Below the pieces are notes generated by a model that was not told the DNA's origin, made no database searches, and was given only the letters and a program-made list of their open reading frames with translations. Below are positions 30,268-40,758 of a DNA stretch of 64,000 nucleotides, piece after piece. This DNA comes from Candidatus Latescibacterota bacterium (lineage in GTDB: Bacteria; Krumholzibacteriota; Krumholzibacteriia; WVZY01; JAKEHA01). The stretch lies in assembly GCA_963707635.1 (NCBI GenBank), contig OY970173.1, forward strand, positions 896,001 through 960,000, written 5' to 3'. Position 1 is the first letter of the stretch, and every line of letters begins with the position of its first letter. The position numbers and the translations under genes were made by a program.

Positions 30268-31158
30268 TCAGCGCGGCGTGCGCGCGGCCACGACGATCCC
30301 GGGGAACGGCAGGCGTGAGAGGTTCCGGCGAAGGCCACGGGGCAGCGCGCCGAGGGCCACTTCCAGCGCGCAGACCAACCCGATCGGCAGCCGCGCCGAG
30401 AAGCCGCGTGCGCTCCAGATCGCGGTCACCGTCCGATAACCGCACGCGTGCAACGCCGCGTTCAGCTCCCGATACGTCCATTCCTTCAGGTGGAATCCCT
30501 CCGCGTTGCCCCGGGTGAAATAGCGCGAGATGTCGTGCGGCCCGGTGAACCGGTGCGGGGTTCGCAGCAGGTACGTCCCGCCGGATACCAGCGCGCGGGC
30601 CACGGCGCGAAGATGCAGCTCCGCGTCGTCGGGGTGGAGGTGTTCGAGCAACTGGTCGCTGAAGGCGAGGTCGAACGAGCGGGCGGCGAACGGAAACTCG
30701 AAGCCGTCGTAGAGCACGAGCGCAAAATTGCGCGCCGCGGCGTCCAGGCGCGCGCCCTTCGACGAGATTTCCACTCCGCAGACGAAACGGACCCGCGGAG
30801 CCAGCTCGATGCCGAATGCACAGTCTCCCGCGCCGACTTCGAGCACGCGCAAGCCCGGGGTGAGAAACGGGGCGAGGAGCCGGAGCTTGCGGTGGTTGCG
30901 GCGCGCGACTTCGCCGGGGGTCTCGCGCAGAACCAGGCGCGGGTGGTCCGGCACCTCCGCGAAGAGCGTGTCGTACATGGTCTCGTAGATCTTCGCGCGC
31001 TCGAGACGCGTCGGCGCGCTTCGCAGCCGGTCGGCCAGGGCCCGTTCGACGTCGTAGTGGTGCCGGAGCCGGTCCGCCGAGCGGCGACGGTCGGGGGAGG
31101 TTCCCTTGTGCGCGGTGTTCAATCCATTCTCCACCGGGGCGAGGTGTGGGCGCATCAT
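30268..31158 (-). CDS. Class I SAM-dependent methyltransferase
   Basis: LEVGAGDC, FDLAFSDQLLEHLHP, TPHRFTGPHD; start uncertain. Confidence 0.85.
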   Translation of the reverse strand: MMRPHLAPVENGLNTAHKGTSPDRRRSADRLRHHYDVERALADRLRSAPTRLERAKIYETMYDTLFAEVPDHPRLVLRETPGEVARRNHRKLRLLAPFLTPGLRVLEVGAGDCAFGIELAPRVRFVCGVEISSKGARLDAAARNFALVLYDGFEFPFAARSFDLAFSDQLLEHLHPDDAELHLRAVARALVSGGTYLLRTPHRFTGPHDISRYFTRGNAEGFHLKEWTYRELNAALHACGYRTVTAIWSARGFSARLPIGLVCALEVALGALPRGLRRNLSRLPFPGIVVAARTPR

Positions 31159-31207
31159 AGCATCGAACCCCGATGGCCGCATCGCCTTCCCGGCGGTGCG
31201 CGCACGC

Positions 31208-31244
31208 AAAAAAACGCCCGGCGCGATGTCGCACCGGGCGCTTT
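31208..31244 (-). terminator. Intrinsic terminator
   Basis: Minus strand CGCCCGGTGCGACATCGCGCCGGGCG-TTTTTTT. Confidence 0.8.
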
Positions 31245-31269
31245 CAATCAGACAGCGATTAAGGCAGGG

Positions 31270-31965
31270 CTAGCGGTAGAGCGCCTTGACCGAACCCCAC
31301 GAAACCGGGTTGGTCGGAAGCGTGTTCATCCGCGCGATGAAGATCCAGTCGCGCGATCCGCTGGTGCCCGGCTGGAGCCAGCCGTTGCCCGACCAGATCG
31401 ACGGGTCGTTCGCGACGGTCGTGTTGCCCTTCGAGTCCCAGTCGTTGTCGAAGATGAACGAGCAACCCGTGGCGTCGGTCAAATCGGTGAAGGTGAACGT
31501 CTGGTTACCGCCCCAGCCGTCCAGATGGACCGTCCCGGAGTTGAGCGCGCTATCATCCGTGACATAGACGTCGTTGCCCGCCGCGCCGGGGCAGTTGTCT
31601 CTCTGCGTCACGTTCGCCGTGTACCAGAAGTCGATGTCGACCCAGCCGCGGCTCGAGGCGGACCACCCGCCGCCGGTATCCTGTCCGCCGTAGGCACGTC
31701 CGTAGATGTGCACCGTGCCCGCGCCGTTGTCGTACACGAGCGTCATGGCCGCCGAGCCGCTGCCGTTGACGAAGTCGAAGCTGAACGTCCACTCGCCGCT
31801 CCCCAGGAGATCGTCGAGACGGAGTCCGTACATCGGCGGGTTGATGACGCCGTCCGGATGATCGTGAAGTGTGAAAACGGTAACGCCGGCGGTCGCGGGA
31901 ACTGTGGCGACGCCGCCGACGAAAGCGCCGACGAGCAAGGTCGCCAGCACGGCACGTTTGAACAT
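31270..31965 (-). CDS. Secreted beta-rich protein with C-terminal SWGSVKALYR tag
   Basis: Signal peptide MFKRAVLATLLVGAFVGG...ATA; LHDHPDG, YGLRLD; followed by terminator. Confidence 0.8.
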   Translation of the reverse strand: MFKRAVLATLLVGAFVGGVATVPATAGVTVFTLHDHPDGVINPPMYGLRLDDLLGSGEWTFSFDFVNGSGSAAMTLVYDNGAGTVHIYGRAYGGQDTGGGWSASSRGWVDIDFWYTANVTQRDNCPGAAGNDVYVTDDSALNSGTVHLDGWGGNQTFTFTDLTDATGCSFIFDNDWDSKGNTTVANDPSIWSGNGWLQPGTSGSRDWIFIARMNTLPTNPVSWGSVKALYR

Positions 31966-32191
31966 TAGCATATCCTCCATTGTCCTCCATTTTCTCCGAA
32001 CGAGCCCTTCCGCCCGGAGACAGGCAATGCGAACGGACCGGCATGGATGCGGCCCATGTGAACGGCGAGTTTACCATGTCGCGAAGCCTCAAGTCAAAGC
32101 CTAACTAGGCGTTTGCGGCGCCGGTATGCGAAGAGCTCCGCGACCCCGTCGGTCAGGCGCGAGCGGGTGGCGTCGGCAAGCCAGAATCACG

Positions 32192-32220
32192 TTTACTCCG
32201 CGTTAAACATGGCGTATAAT
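32192..32220 (+). promoter_or_regulatory. Strong sigma70-type promoter
   Basis: TTTACT-17-TATAAT. Confidence 0.7.
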
Positions 32221-32225
32221 TCACA

Positions 32226-32375
32226 GGCAAGTTCTCCCCGTCCGACCGTATTTCCGGACGGCGCGTAAGTCGGGAAACCGGACCACCTCCATCAAGACCT
32301 CCTCTGGTGGGGCGCCGTTCGAAATACAGCGGGCGGGGGCGAGTTCCCTCCGGTTCCACCTCCCAAATCTCCCTT
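32226..32375 (+). ncRNA. Candidate structured sRNA or tkt leader with CCUCC motifs
   Basis: Long stem with GAAA hairpin and C-rich loop directly after the promoter. Confidence 0.4.
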
Positions 32376-32468
32376 GATCACCCCCCGGACGGGCGGTAGT
32401 GTCGGCCGGTCCGCTGCCGCACGATCGCGGTTCGACAACCTCCCCTTCGCTGGCAGGAGATGCTTCGA

Positions 32469-34484
32469 ATGGCACCGCTCGATCGACTGTGTGTCGACAC
32501 GATTCGCTTCCTCGCCGTCGACGCGGTGGAACGCGCGAAGTCCGGCCACCCGGGTCTCCCTCTGGGCGCGGCGCCGATGGTGTTCGCGCTCTGGGACCGG
32601 GTGCTCAAGTTCAACGGCGCCGATCCCGTCTGGTTCGACCGCGACCGCTTCATCCTCTCGGCGGGTCACGGATCGATGCTGCTCTACGCGCTCCTGCACC
32701 TCTACGGCTACGACCTTCCCCTCGACGAGATCGTGAGCTTCCGCCAGTGGGGGAGCCGGACTCCCGGACACCCCGAGTACGGCCACACGCCCGGGGTGGA
32801 AGCGACGACGGGGCCGCTCGGCCAGGGATTCGCGATGGGAGTCGGGATGGCGATCGCCGAGAAGCACCTCGCCGCGCGCTTCAACGTGGCGGGCGAACCG
32901 CCGGTCGTCGATCATCACGTCTATGCGATCGTCTCCGACGGCGACCTGATGGAAGGCGTCGCCCACGAGGCGGCGTCGCTCGCGGGGACGCTCGGGTTGG
33001 GCAAGCTCGTGTATCTCTACGACGATAACCGCATCACCATCGACGGGTCGACGTCGCTCGCATTCACCGAAAACGTGCCCGCGCGCTTCGAAGCGCTCGG
33101 CTGGCACGTGCAGTCGGTCGAAGACGGCAACGACGTCGACGCCATCGAGCAGGCGATCCGGCGCGCGCGCGACGAGCGCGAGCGTCCGTCGCTGGTCCGC
33201 GTGCGCACGCACATCGGCTTCGGCAGCCCGAAGCAGGATTCGGAGAAGGCGCACGGCGAGCCGCTCGGCCCGGACGCGGCGCGGGCGACCAAGCAGAAAC
33301 TCGGGTGGCCGGTCGATGCGCTTTTCCACGTACCGGCGGAAGTGCAGGCGCACTGCCGCGCGGTCGCGGCGCGAGGCGCCGAGGCGCAGCGCGAGTGGAG
33401 CGGGCGCGTGTACCAGTACGGCAAGGAGCACCGCGACCTGGCGACCGCGTTCGACGCGGCGCGCGCCGACCGCCTTTCGAAACGGTGGAAGGAAGCGCTC
33501 CCGGTGTTTTCCTCCGAGAAGGCGATCGCCACCCGCGCGGCGTCCGGCAAGGTGATCAACGCGCTCGCCGCGGCCGTCCCGACGCTCGTCGGGGGCTCCG
33601 CCGACCTCACCGGGTCGAACAACACGCGCATCGAATCGTCGCCGGTGTTCGGAATTGAGCGCGACGAGGGGCGCAACCTCCACTTCGGGGTCCGCGAGCA
33701 CGCGATGGGCGCCGCCATCAACGGCATGGCGCTCCACGGCGGGGTCGTGCCGTTCGCCGGCACGTTTCTCGTCTTTTCGGACTACATGCGCCCCGCCATT
33801 CGCCTCGCCGCCCTGATGCGGGCACCGTCCACGTTCGTCTTCACGCATGACTCGGTCGGACTGGGCGAGGACGGACCCACGCACCAGCCGGTGGAGCACC
33901 TGGTGAGCCTGCGCGCGATTCCGGGGCTGACGGTGTTCCGTCCCGCCGACGCCAACGAGACCGCCGCCGCGTGGGCGTGCGCGCTGGAGTTGAAGGGACC
34001 GCGGGCGCTCATCCTGACCCGGCAGGCGCTGCCCGTGCTCGAAGGCGACCGCGAGATGATCCACGCCGGCGTCGCGCGCGGGGCGTACGTCCTCGCCGAG
34101 GCGGACGGCGGGAAGCCCGCCGTCGTGCTCATCGCCTCCGGCTCCGAAGTGCACCTGGCGCTGACCGCGCGCAAGGCTCTCGCCGCGCAGGGAATCGCGA
34201 CGCGGGTGGTCTCGATGCCCTCGTGGGAGCTCTTCCGCGCGCAGAAGCCGCGCTACCGGAATGCGGTGCTGCCGAAATCCGCGCGCAAGCTCGCGGTCGA
34301 AGCCGGCGCCACGATGGGCTGGCGCGAGTGGGTCGGCGACAAAGGCGCGGTCATCGGCCTGGATCGCTTCGGGGCGTCGGCGCCGGGCAACGTGGCGCTG
34401 GAGAAGCTCGGGTTCACCGCCCAGAACGTCGTCGATACCGCGCTCGTGCTGCTCAAGAAGCGCGCGCGGGCCGTGTCGGAGTAG
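32469..34484 (+). CDS. tkt: Transketolase
   Basis: [53 protein letters not shown]. Confidence 0.97.
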   Translation: MAPLDRLCVDTIRFLAVDAVERAKSGHPGLPLGAAPMVFALWDRVLKFNGADPVWFDRDRFILSAGHGSMLLYALLHLYGYDLPLDEIVSFRQWGSRTPGHPEYGHTPGVEATTGPLGQGFAMGVGMAIAEKHLAARFNVAGEPPVVDHHVYAIVSDGDLMEGVAHEAASLAGTLGLGKLVYLYDDNRITIDGSTSLAFTENVPARFEALGWHVQSVEDGNDVDAIEQAIRRARDERERPSLVRVRTHIGFGSPKQDSEKAHGEPLGPDAARATKQKLGWPVDALFHVPAEVQAHCRAVAARGAEAQREWSGRVYQYGKEHRDLATAFDAARADRLSKRWKEALPVFSSEKAIATRAASGKVINALAAAVPTLVGGSADLTGSNNTRIESSPVFGIERDEGRNLHFGVREHAMGAAINGMALHGGVVPFAGTFLVFSDYMRPAIRLAALMRAPSTFVFTHDSVGLGEDGPTHQPVEHLVSLRAIPGLTVFRPADANETAAAWACALELKGPRALILTRQALPVLEGDREMIHAGVARGAYVLAEADGGKPAVVLIASGSEVHLALTARKALAAQGIATRVVSMPSWELFRAQKPRYRNAVLPKSARKLAVEAGATMGWREWVGDKGAVIGLDRFGASAPGNVALEKLGFTAQNVVDTALVLLKKRARAVSE

Positions 34485-34576
34485 CGCTTAGCCTGCCCGC
34501 GGTTCCGTGCTAGGCTCGGCGTCGAATAGCCGGGGCGGGCGTGGGTAATGGTGCCGAGCCCGTGTCCGGGCAAACG

Positions 34577-34993
34577 ATGAACTGTCCCATCTGTCGCAAT
34601 CCCATGATCGTCCTCGAGTTGAATCAGGTCGAGGTCGACCACTGCACGCGCTGCGGCGGGGTCTGGCTGGACGCGGAGGAGATGGATCTCCTGCTCGACG
34701 GCTCGGCCGGCCGCGCGGAGATTCGCGAGAAGCTCCTGACCGCCGAGCCCGGCAGCGGCGAGAAGCACGTCCGCTGCCCGATCTGTCGCCACAAGATGGA
34801 GAAGGCGCGTGTGCGGCGTCCCGGGGTGGAGAAGAGCGTCGTGATCGACCGCTGCGGTCACGGCCACGGCACCTGGCTCGACGGCGGAGAGCTGCAGGCG
34901 ATCGTGGAGCTGTCGCAGTTTCCGGAAGCGCATCGAATCCACGAATTCTTGAGCGCGATTTTCCGCGGGCCGGCCCGCGGCGCGCGCACGTAG
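34577..34993 (+). CDS. Double zf-TFIIB-type zinc ribbon protein
   Basis: CPIC...DHCTRCGGVWLDAEE; CPIC...DRCGHGHGTWLDGGEL. Confidence 0.85.
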   Translation: MNCPICRNPMIVLELNQVEVDHCTRCGGVWLDAEEMDLLLDGSAGRAEIREKLLTAEPGSGEKHVRCPICRHKMEKARVRRPGVEKSVVIDRCGHGHGTWLDGGELQAIVELSQFPEAHRIHEFLSAIFRGPARGART

Positions 34994-35051
34994 CGCACGC
35001 AAGGCCGTTACCCACGGCCCGTGCCAGCACTGTCTGAAAAAGGAGTCCTAC

Positions 35052-35609
35052 ATGGCTGCACTGATTTTTCTAGCCGTCGTCATCCTGGTGGCGGGGTTCT
35101 TCGTCGGGATGTACAACTCACTCGTCCAGCTGCGCAACCGCGTGAAGAACGCGTGGTCGCAGATCGACGTGCAACTCAAACGCCGGCACGACCTGATTCC
35201 CAACCTGGTGGAGACGGCGAAGGGGTACATGTCGCACGAGCGCGAAACGCTCACCGCCATCACCGAAGCGCGCGCCAAAGCGATGGGCGCCGGCAGCGTC
35301 CACGACAAGGGCGCGGCTGAAACCCAGCTCACCGCGGCGGTCTCCAGGTTCATGCTGACGGTCGAGAACTACCCCGACCTCAAGGCGAATCAGAACTTCC
35401 TGTCGCTCCAGGAGGAACTGACTGCGACCGAGAACAAGATCGCGTTCGCGCGCCAGGCCTACAACGACGCCGTGCTCTTCTATAACAATAAGATCGAGAT
35501 GTTCCCCTCGAACGTCATCGCGGGCATGTTCAACTTCCGCCCGGAGGAGAATTTCGAGATCGAGGAGCCGGCGCAGCGCGAGGCGCCGAAGGTGCAGTTC
35601 ACGCGGTAG
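35052..35609 (+). CDS. lemA: LemA family protein
   Basis: YNSLV, AWSQIDVQLKRRHDLIPNL, ENYPDLKAN, FPSN. Confidence 0.95.
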   Translation: MAALIFLAVVILVAGFFVGMYNSLVQLRNRVKNAWSQIDVQLKRRHDLIPNLVETAKGYMSHERETLTAITEARAKAMGAGSVHDKGAAETQLTAAVSRFMLTVENYPDLKANQNFLSLQEELTATENKIAFARQAYNDAVLFYNNKIEMFPSNVIAGMFNFRPEENFEIEEPAQREAPKVQFTR

Positions 35610-35620
35610 GGTAGAACCGT

Positions 35621-37126
35621 ATGATGTGGGAACTGATCGCCGCCAACCGCAGGAAGTCGATCCTCCTGTTCGTCGGCATGGCGGTTCTCCTGGTGGCGCT
35701 CGGGTATTTCATCGGCGAGGCCACCATGGGCGAAGGCGGCGGCTCGATCGGCATCATCGTGGCCGTGGGCGTGTGGGTCATCATGTCCGCCGCGAGCGTC
35801 TTCGGCGGACCCGAGCTGATCCTCAAGATGAGCCGCGCGCGCGAGGTCACGCCCGACGTCCACCCGCAGCTGTTCAACGTCGTCGAAGAGATGAAGATCG
35901 CCTCCGGCCTGCCGAAGATGCCGAAGGTCTACATCATCGACGAGAAGGCGCCCAACGCCTTCGCCACCGGCCTGCGGCCCGAGGACAGCTCCATCGCCGT
36001 CACCGCCGGGCTCCTGACCCGCCTCAATCGCGACGAGCTGCAGGGCGTGGTCGCGCACGAGACCTCGCACATCATGAACCGCGACGTCCAGTTCCTGACC
36101 GTTGCATCCGTGATGCTCGGGAGTATCGTGCTGATCTCGGAAATCTTCCTGCGCGGCATGTGGTACTCCGGCGGCGGGTCGGCGCGGCGTTACCGGTCCA
36201 AGAAGACCAGCGGCGGTGGTGGGGGCGGCAACGCCGTGTTCGTCATCGCGGCCATCGCGCTGGCCATTCTGGGTCCGCTGTTCGCGCGGTTGCTCTATCT
36301 GTCCATTTCGCGCAAGCGCGAGTACCTCGCGGACGCGAGCGGGGTAATGCTCACGCGCTACCCCGAGGGGCTCGCGAGCGCGCTCGAGAAGATCGCCGCG
36401 TCTCCCCTGGAACTGGCGGTGGCCAATAAGGTGAATGCCCCCATGTTCATCGTGGCGCCGCTGCAGGAGGGGAAGAACTCACTCGCCGGATGGGGCAGCA
36501 CGCATCCCCCTATCGAGGAGCGGATCGGAATTCTGCGCGCGATGAGCCAGGGCGCGGGGCTCGTGAGCTACCAGCACGCGTTCACGAAGATGAAGGGCAA
36601 GCCCGTCAACCTCGTTCCGCGATCGGGGCTGCAGAAGGACAAGACGATTCCGATCCGTGAGCCGCACCCCGACGTCGTGCGCGAACAGGGCCAGAAGCAG
36701 CAGACGCGCGACGTTATGGACCTGATGCGAGCCGTCAACGGCTACGCGTTCCTGGTGTGCGCGTGCGGCCTGAAGATCAAGGTGCCGCCCGATTTCACCG
36801 AGCCCAAGGTAGCGTGCCCGCGCTGCGGGAGAGAGAACGAGATCCCGAAGGCGCAGATCTCCGAGTTCGCGGAAGTTGCCGCCGCCGTCGGCGCGATCGT
36901 CGGCGCGCCCGGCCAGACGGCCGGCGAGGTCCCGTTCGCGCAGCCGGCGAGCGGCGCGCCGGCCACCGTGGGTGCCGACGAGGCGCCGCTCGAGTATCAG
37001 CGCCGCACGCGCGGGGAGTGGGAGAGCTTCGCGTGCGGGTGCGGGCACCTGCTCCAGCTATCGCCGAGTTTCTCGGCGAGCCAGATGAAGTGCCCGAATT
37101 GCGGGAGGATTACGCGGGTGGTGTGA
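35621..37126 (+). CDS. htpX: HtpX-like M48 zinc protease with C-terminal zinc ribbons
   Basis: PNAFATG, AHETSH, REYLAD, STHPP; CACG..CPRC and CGCG..CPNC. Confidence 0.85.
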   Translation: MMWELIAANRRKSILLFVGMAVLLVALGYFIGEATMGEGGGSIGIIVAVGVWVIMSAASVFGGPELILKMSRAREVTPDVHPQLFNVVEEMKIASGLPKMPKVYIIDEKAPNAFATGLRPEDSSIAVTAGLLTRLNRDELQGVVAHETSHIMNRDVQFLTVASVMLGSIVLISEIFLRGMWYSGGGSARRYRSKKTSGGGGGGNAVFVIAAIALAILGPLFARLLYLSISRKREYLADASGVMLTRYPEGLASALEKIAASPLELAVANKVNAPMFIVAPLQEGKNSLAGWGSTHPPIEERIGILRAMSQGAGLVSYQHAFTKMKGKPVNLVPRSGLQKDKTIPIREPHPDVVREQGQKQQTRDVMDLMRAVNGYAFLVCACGLKIKVPPDFTEPKVACPRCGRENEIPKAQISEFAEVAAAVGAIVGAPGQTAGEVPFAQPASGAPATVGADEAPLEYQRRTRGEWESFACGCGHLLQLSPSFSASQMKCPNCGRITRVV

Positions 37127-37709
37127 CGTGCGCGGTGGCGAGCAAGTGGCGCGGGAGCGCGGTCGCGCACGAGGGGCAGAATTCCAGGCCGCGCAGGTCG
37201 ATCCTCTCCACGTTGGCTGCGAACCGCATGATGCACCCGACGTCGGAACAGTGGCCGAGTCCGACCACGTGCCCCAGTTCGTGCAGGATCTCGGCCACGG
37301 CGCGCCGCGCGGTGAGGCTGGGGTCAGCCGCGAGCCCGTACTGCTCCGGCCCGAGACGCGCGAGGGAGACGACCGCGGCGCGACCGCCGCGGGTGGCGCG
37401 CCCGAATACGAAAGTGAAAAGAGTGAGTCCGAGGTCGAGCATCGTGAGTCCGACGTGCACCGAGCCCGGCCGCACCGAGGCCTCCAGCGCTGCGAGCAAG
37501 CCGTCGGCGTCGGCCTGTTCGCGACCTTCGAGCAGCACCGGCCGGTTCTCCCAGGGCAGGGGGTGGAGGTGACAGGGCACGGCGAGGCGCCGGCTGGCGC
37601 GCGACACGATGTCCTCCGCCAGGGCGCGCCCAAGCCCGGCTTCGGCGTAAAACCACGCCGCCTCGATGGCAGGAGCGAGACTGCTCGTCGTTTCCGACAC
37701 CGACGTCAC
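37110..37709 (-). CDS. Archaemetzincin-like (M54) zinc protease
   Basis: FVFG, AVVSLARL, HELGHVVGLGHC...CIM...FCPSC; GTG overlaps regulator stop. Confidence 0.85.
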   Translation of the reverse strand: MTSVSETTSSLAPAIEAAWFYAEAGLGRALAEDIVSRASRRLAVPCHLHPLPWENRPVLLEGREQADADGLLAALEASVRPGSVHVGLTMLDLGLTLFTFVFGRATRGGRAAVVSLARLGPEQYGLAADPSLTARRAVAEILHELGHVVGLGHCSDVGCIMRFAANVERIDLRGLEFCPSCATALPRHLLATAHVTPPA

Positions 37710-39082
37710 CGGGCGGCGCGCGCCTTCTCGAGCCCGTACTTCTCGATCTTGTGGTAGAGCGTGCCGCGATCGATATCCAGCATGCGCGCCGCCGTGCTGA
37801 TGTTCCAATCCTGTGCCTGGAGCACCGAGACGATGTGGGTCCTCTCGGCCTCGGCCAGGGACAGACCGTTGGGGAGCAGCACCGGTGCGCGGGTCACGCG
37901 CATGGGGAAGTCCTTCGCCTCGATGACGGGTGGCGTCCCTGCCACGACGGCCCGTTCGATCGCGTTCTGCAGCTCACGCACATTGCCCGGCCACGCGTAG
38001 GCCTGGAGCGCGGCCAGCGCCTCTTCGGAGAACCGCATGGGCTTGCGATTCATGGACCGCGTGAACCCCGCGAGGAATGACTCGGCCATCGGCTTGATGT
38101 CTTCCGGGCGCACGCGCAGCGGTGGCATGTCGATGGCGAAGACGTTCAGCCGCCAGTAGAGGTCGTCGCGGAATTCGCCGCGCTGGATCTTCGCTTCCAG
38201 GTCCTCGTTGGTGGCGGCGACCAGCCGGAAGTCGACCGGGAAGGGACTGCGTCCTCCAACGCGGGTCACGGATTTCTCCTCGATGACCCGCAGCAGCTCG
38301 ACCTGCACCTTCGCGCTTATGGTCCCGATCTCGTCCAGGAAAAGAGTCCCGCTGTCGGCCATCTCGAATTTCCCGCGGTGGCGGTAGATTGCACCGGTGA
38401 AGGCGCCTTTCTCGTGCCCGAACAGCTCGCTCTCGAGCAGTCCCTCCGCCAGCGCGCCGCAATTGACGATCACGAACGGACCGTAGCGACGCGGCGAGCC
38501 GGCGTGGATGGCGCGCGCAGCCAGTTCCTTGCCGGTCCCCGATTCGCCCCTGATCAGCGCGGTCGCGTCGGTCCCCGCCACCGCCGCGATCAGGTCCTGC
38601 ACGCGGCGCATGGCGGCCGAGACGCCCACGATGGGCGATGGCGCCGACGCGGCCTCGAGCCGCTCCTTCAGGCGCAGATTCTCCGAGCGGAGCGAGCGAT
38701 GCTCGCTGGCGCGGCGCACAAGCACCGACAGCTCTTCGGGGTCGAAGGGCTTCGCGATGTAGTCGTAAGCGCCGGCCTTGAGCGCCTTGATGGCCGTTTC
38801 CACCGAGGCATAGGCGGTCATGATGATCACCGTCATGTCGGGTTTGACCGCGGCGAGCCTGGCCTGGAGCTCGAGGCCGTCCACCCCCGGCATCTTGATG
38901 TCCAGAAACGCGAGGTCGTAGTCCTTTTCGGCCACCAGTCGCAGCGCTTCGGCGCTGCTTTGCGCCGTGTCGACGCGATGACCGTCCTGCCGGAACCAGT
39001 CGCCCAGCGATTGAACGACGATCGGTTCGTCGTCGACCACGAGGATCGACGGCGGCGACGACTGCAGTAGTGTGTTGTTCAC
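37706..39082 (-). CDS. Sigma54-dependent response regulator (NtrC/AtoC family)
   Basis: REC (VVDDE, DIKMPG), GESGTGKE, GAFTGA, LFLDEI, WPGNVREL, Fis HTH. Confidence 0.95.
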   Translation of the reverse strand: MNNTLLQSSPPSILVVDDEPIVVQSLGDWFRQDGHRVDTAQSSAEALRLVAEKDYDLAFLDIKMPGVDGLELQARLAAVKPDMTVIIMTAYASVETAIKALKAGAYDYIAKPFDPEELSVLVRRASEHRSLRSENLRLKERLEAASAPSPIVGVSAAMRRVQDLIAAVAGTDATALIRGESGTGKELAARAIHAGSPRRYGPFVIVNCGALAEGLLESELFGHEKGAFTGAIYRHRGKFEMADSGTLFLDEIGTISAKVQVELLRVIEEKSVTRVGGRSPFPVDFRLVAATNEDLEAKIQRGEFRDDLYWRLNVFAIDMPPLRVRPEDIKPMAESFLAGFTRSMNRKPMRFSEEALAALQAYAWPGNVRELQNAIERAVVAGTPPVIEAKDFPMRVTRAPVLLPNGLSLAEAERTHIVSVLQAQDWNISTAARMLDIDRGTLYHKIEKYGLEKARAAR

Positions 39083-40737
39083 GAAACCTGAACCTCCTTC
39101 TGTGCGACTTCCGGTGCGGCAGCGCGCGGCTGGCGCAGCGGCAGGCGCACGGTGAAAACCGTACCTGACTCGGGCGATGACTCCGCCGTCACCGTTCCCT
39201 GATGGCGTTCCACGATGCCGTGGACCACGCTGAGACCGAGGCCGACGCCACTCTCACCTTCCTTGGTGGTGAAGAACGGCTCGAAGATCTCGCCCAGGTG
39301 CTCCGGGGGAATGCCGCGGCCGGAATCGCGGACTTGAATCGATATCGAGTCCCCCTCGCCCTTCGCCGAGATCGCCACATGGCCGCCAGGCGGCGTGGCC
39401 TCGAGCCCGTTGATGGCCAGCGCGAGCACGACTTGCTCGATCTGTGAAGCGTCGCACTCGACCAGGGGCAGATCGGCCGGCGCGTCGAGCACGAGCGAGG
39501 TGTCGGAAAGATCGGCACGGTGCCGAAGCAGCATTGTGCAGCGCTCGAGCAATGGGAAGATATTCTCCTCGGCGAAGCGAACCTCGGAGGCGCGGCTGAA
39601 AAGGAGGAGGTTGCGCACGATGCTGCCACAACGCCGCGACTCGTCTTCGATCATCGCGAGAATGCGACGGAGATCCGCTTCGTCGGTGCCGGCAGTGGGA
39701 CTGGCGCCCGTCGGGGACGTGGACTCCTCGCTGCGCCGGCGCAGGAGACGCGCGTAGGTCGCGATGCCGGAGAGCGGGTTGTTCAATTCGTGCGCGACGA
39801 CGGCTGCGAGTTTCCCCAGAGACGCCATTTTCTCCACCCGGAGCATGCGACGGTGCGCCTGCTCGAGCTGCGCGGTCTTCTCGTCGACGCGTCTTTCCAG
39901 CGAGGCGTTCAATTCCTCCAGCTCACCGCGCGCGCCCCCCAGCCGCTCGCTCATCGCGTTCCAGGCATCGGTGAGCGCGCTGATCTCCCCCTCGTGACCG
40001 GCCTCGAGACGTTGCGAAAAATCGCCCGTTGCGATTCGTGCAGTCGCCCGCGTGAGCCTCGCCACCGGGCGCAGTACCGTGCGCCAGGTCAGGAGCCATG
40101 CGAGACCGAGAACGGCCAGGACCGCCACCGCCAACCCGAGCAGCAGCTGCCGTCCGGAAGCGGCGAGGTCGGCGTCCACGGTCTCGAGCGGGAGTTGCAC
40201 GTCGAGCACGCCGAGCACGCTCGTGTTCGGAGGGTGCGCGTGACAGTCGGCCTCGGCGCAGCCCGGCTCGTTGTGCACCGGGGCAATCACCCCGAGCACG
40301 CGCCCGCCGGATGCCGTGCGGAACACACGCGTGCGGTTGTTCTTCTCGACGCGGGCCAGCGGCCGTCCCGTGCGATGACACGACACGCACTGTTCCGCGT
40401 CGATGTCGACGAGTGCGCCCACTTCCGCTTCCGTCGTCGATATCGTGATCTTCCCCCGTGGGTCGAACACGCGGATGCGCTCGAACGATTCGTGATCGGC
40501 GATCGTCTGGATGATCCTGCGCACCTCGCCCGGGTCGTCGCGCATCATGGCGTCGCGGGTGGAACGGCGAATGACTTCTGCGACTTCGGTGGCCCGGTTT
40601 TCCACCAACCGGGTCAGGTGGGATCGTTGCAGGTGAAGGCTGGCGTAACCCACCGCGACCAGAATGATCGCGGTCCCCGCGCAGAGTGCGACCCCGAGGC
40701 GGGCCGCCAGCCCCCGATGATGATGGCCGCCGATCAA
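39079..40737 (-). CDS. Membrane sensor histidine kinase with Cys/His-rich periplasmic domain and HAMP
   Basis: Two TMs; CVSCH and CAEADCH heme-c-like motifs; [22 protein letters not shown]; start uncertain. Confidence 0.9.
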   Translation of the reverse strand: MIGGHHHRGLAARLGVALCAGTAIILVAVGYASLHLQRSHLTRLVENRATEVAEVIRRSTRDAMMRDDPGEVRRIIQTIADHESFERIRVFDPRGKITISTTEAEVGALVDIDAEQCVSCHRTGRPLARVEKNNRTRVFRTASGGRVLGVIAPVHNEPGCAEADCHAHPPNTSVLGVLDVQLPLETVDADLAASGRQLLLGLAVAVLAVLGLAWLLTWRTVLRPVARLTRATARIATGDFSQRLEAGHEGEISALTDAWNAMSERLGGARGELEELNASLERRVDEKTAQLEQAHRRMLRVEKMASLGKLAAVVAHELNNPLSGIATYARLLRRRSEESTSPTGASPTAGTDEADLRRILAMIEDESRRCGSIVRNLLLFSRASEVRFAEENIFPLLERCTMLLRHRADLSDTSLVLDAPADLPLVECDASQIEQVVLALAINGLEATPPGGHVAISAKGEGDSISIQVRDSGRGIPPEHLGEIFEPFFTTKEGESGVGLGLSVVHGIVERHQGTVTAESSPESGTVFTVRLPLRQPRAAAPEVAQKEVQVS

Positions 40738-40758
40738 AGGTCTTTCACCCCATCACAT

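Noticed and set aside
32330..32362. tRNA/tmRNA 3'-end or att site (GGGGGCGAGTTCCCTCCGGTTCCACC)
   Set aside because: No TTCGA T-loop, no CCA end, no integrase; better explained as part of the larger stem
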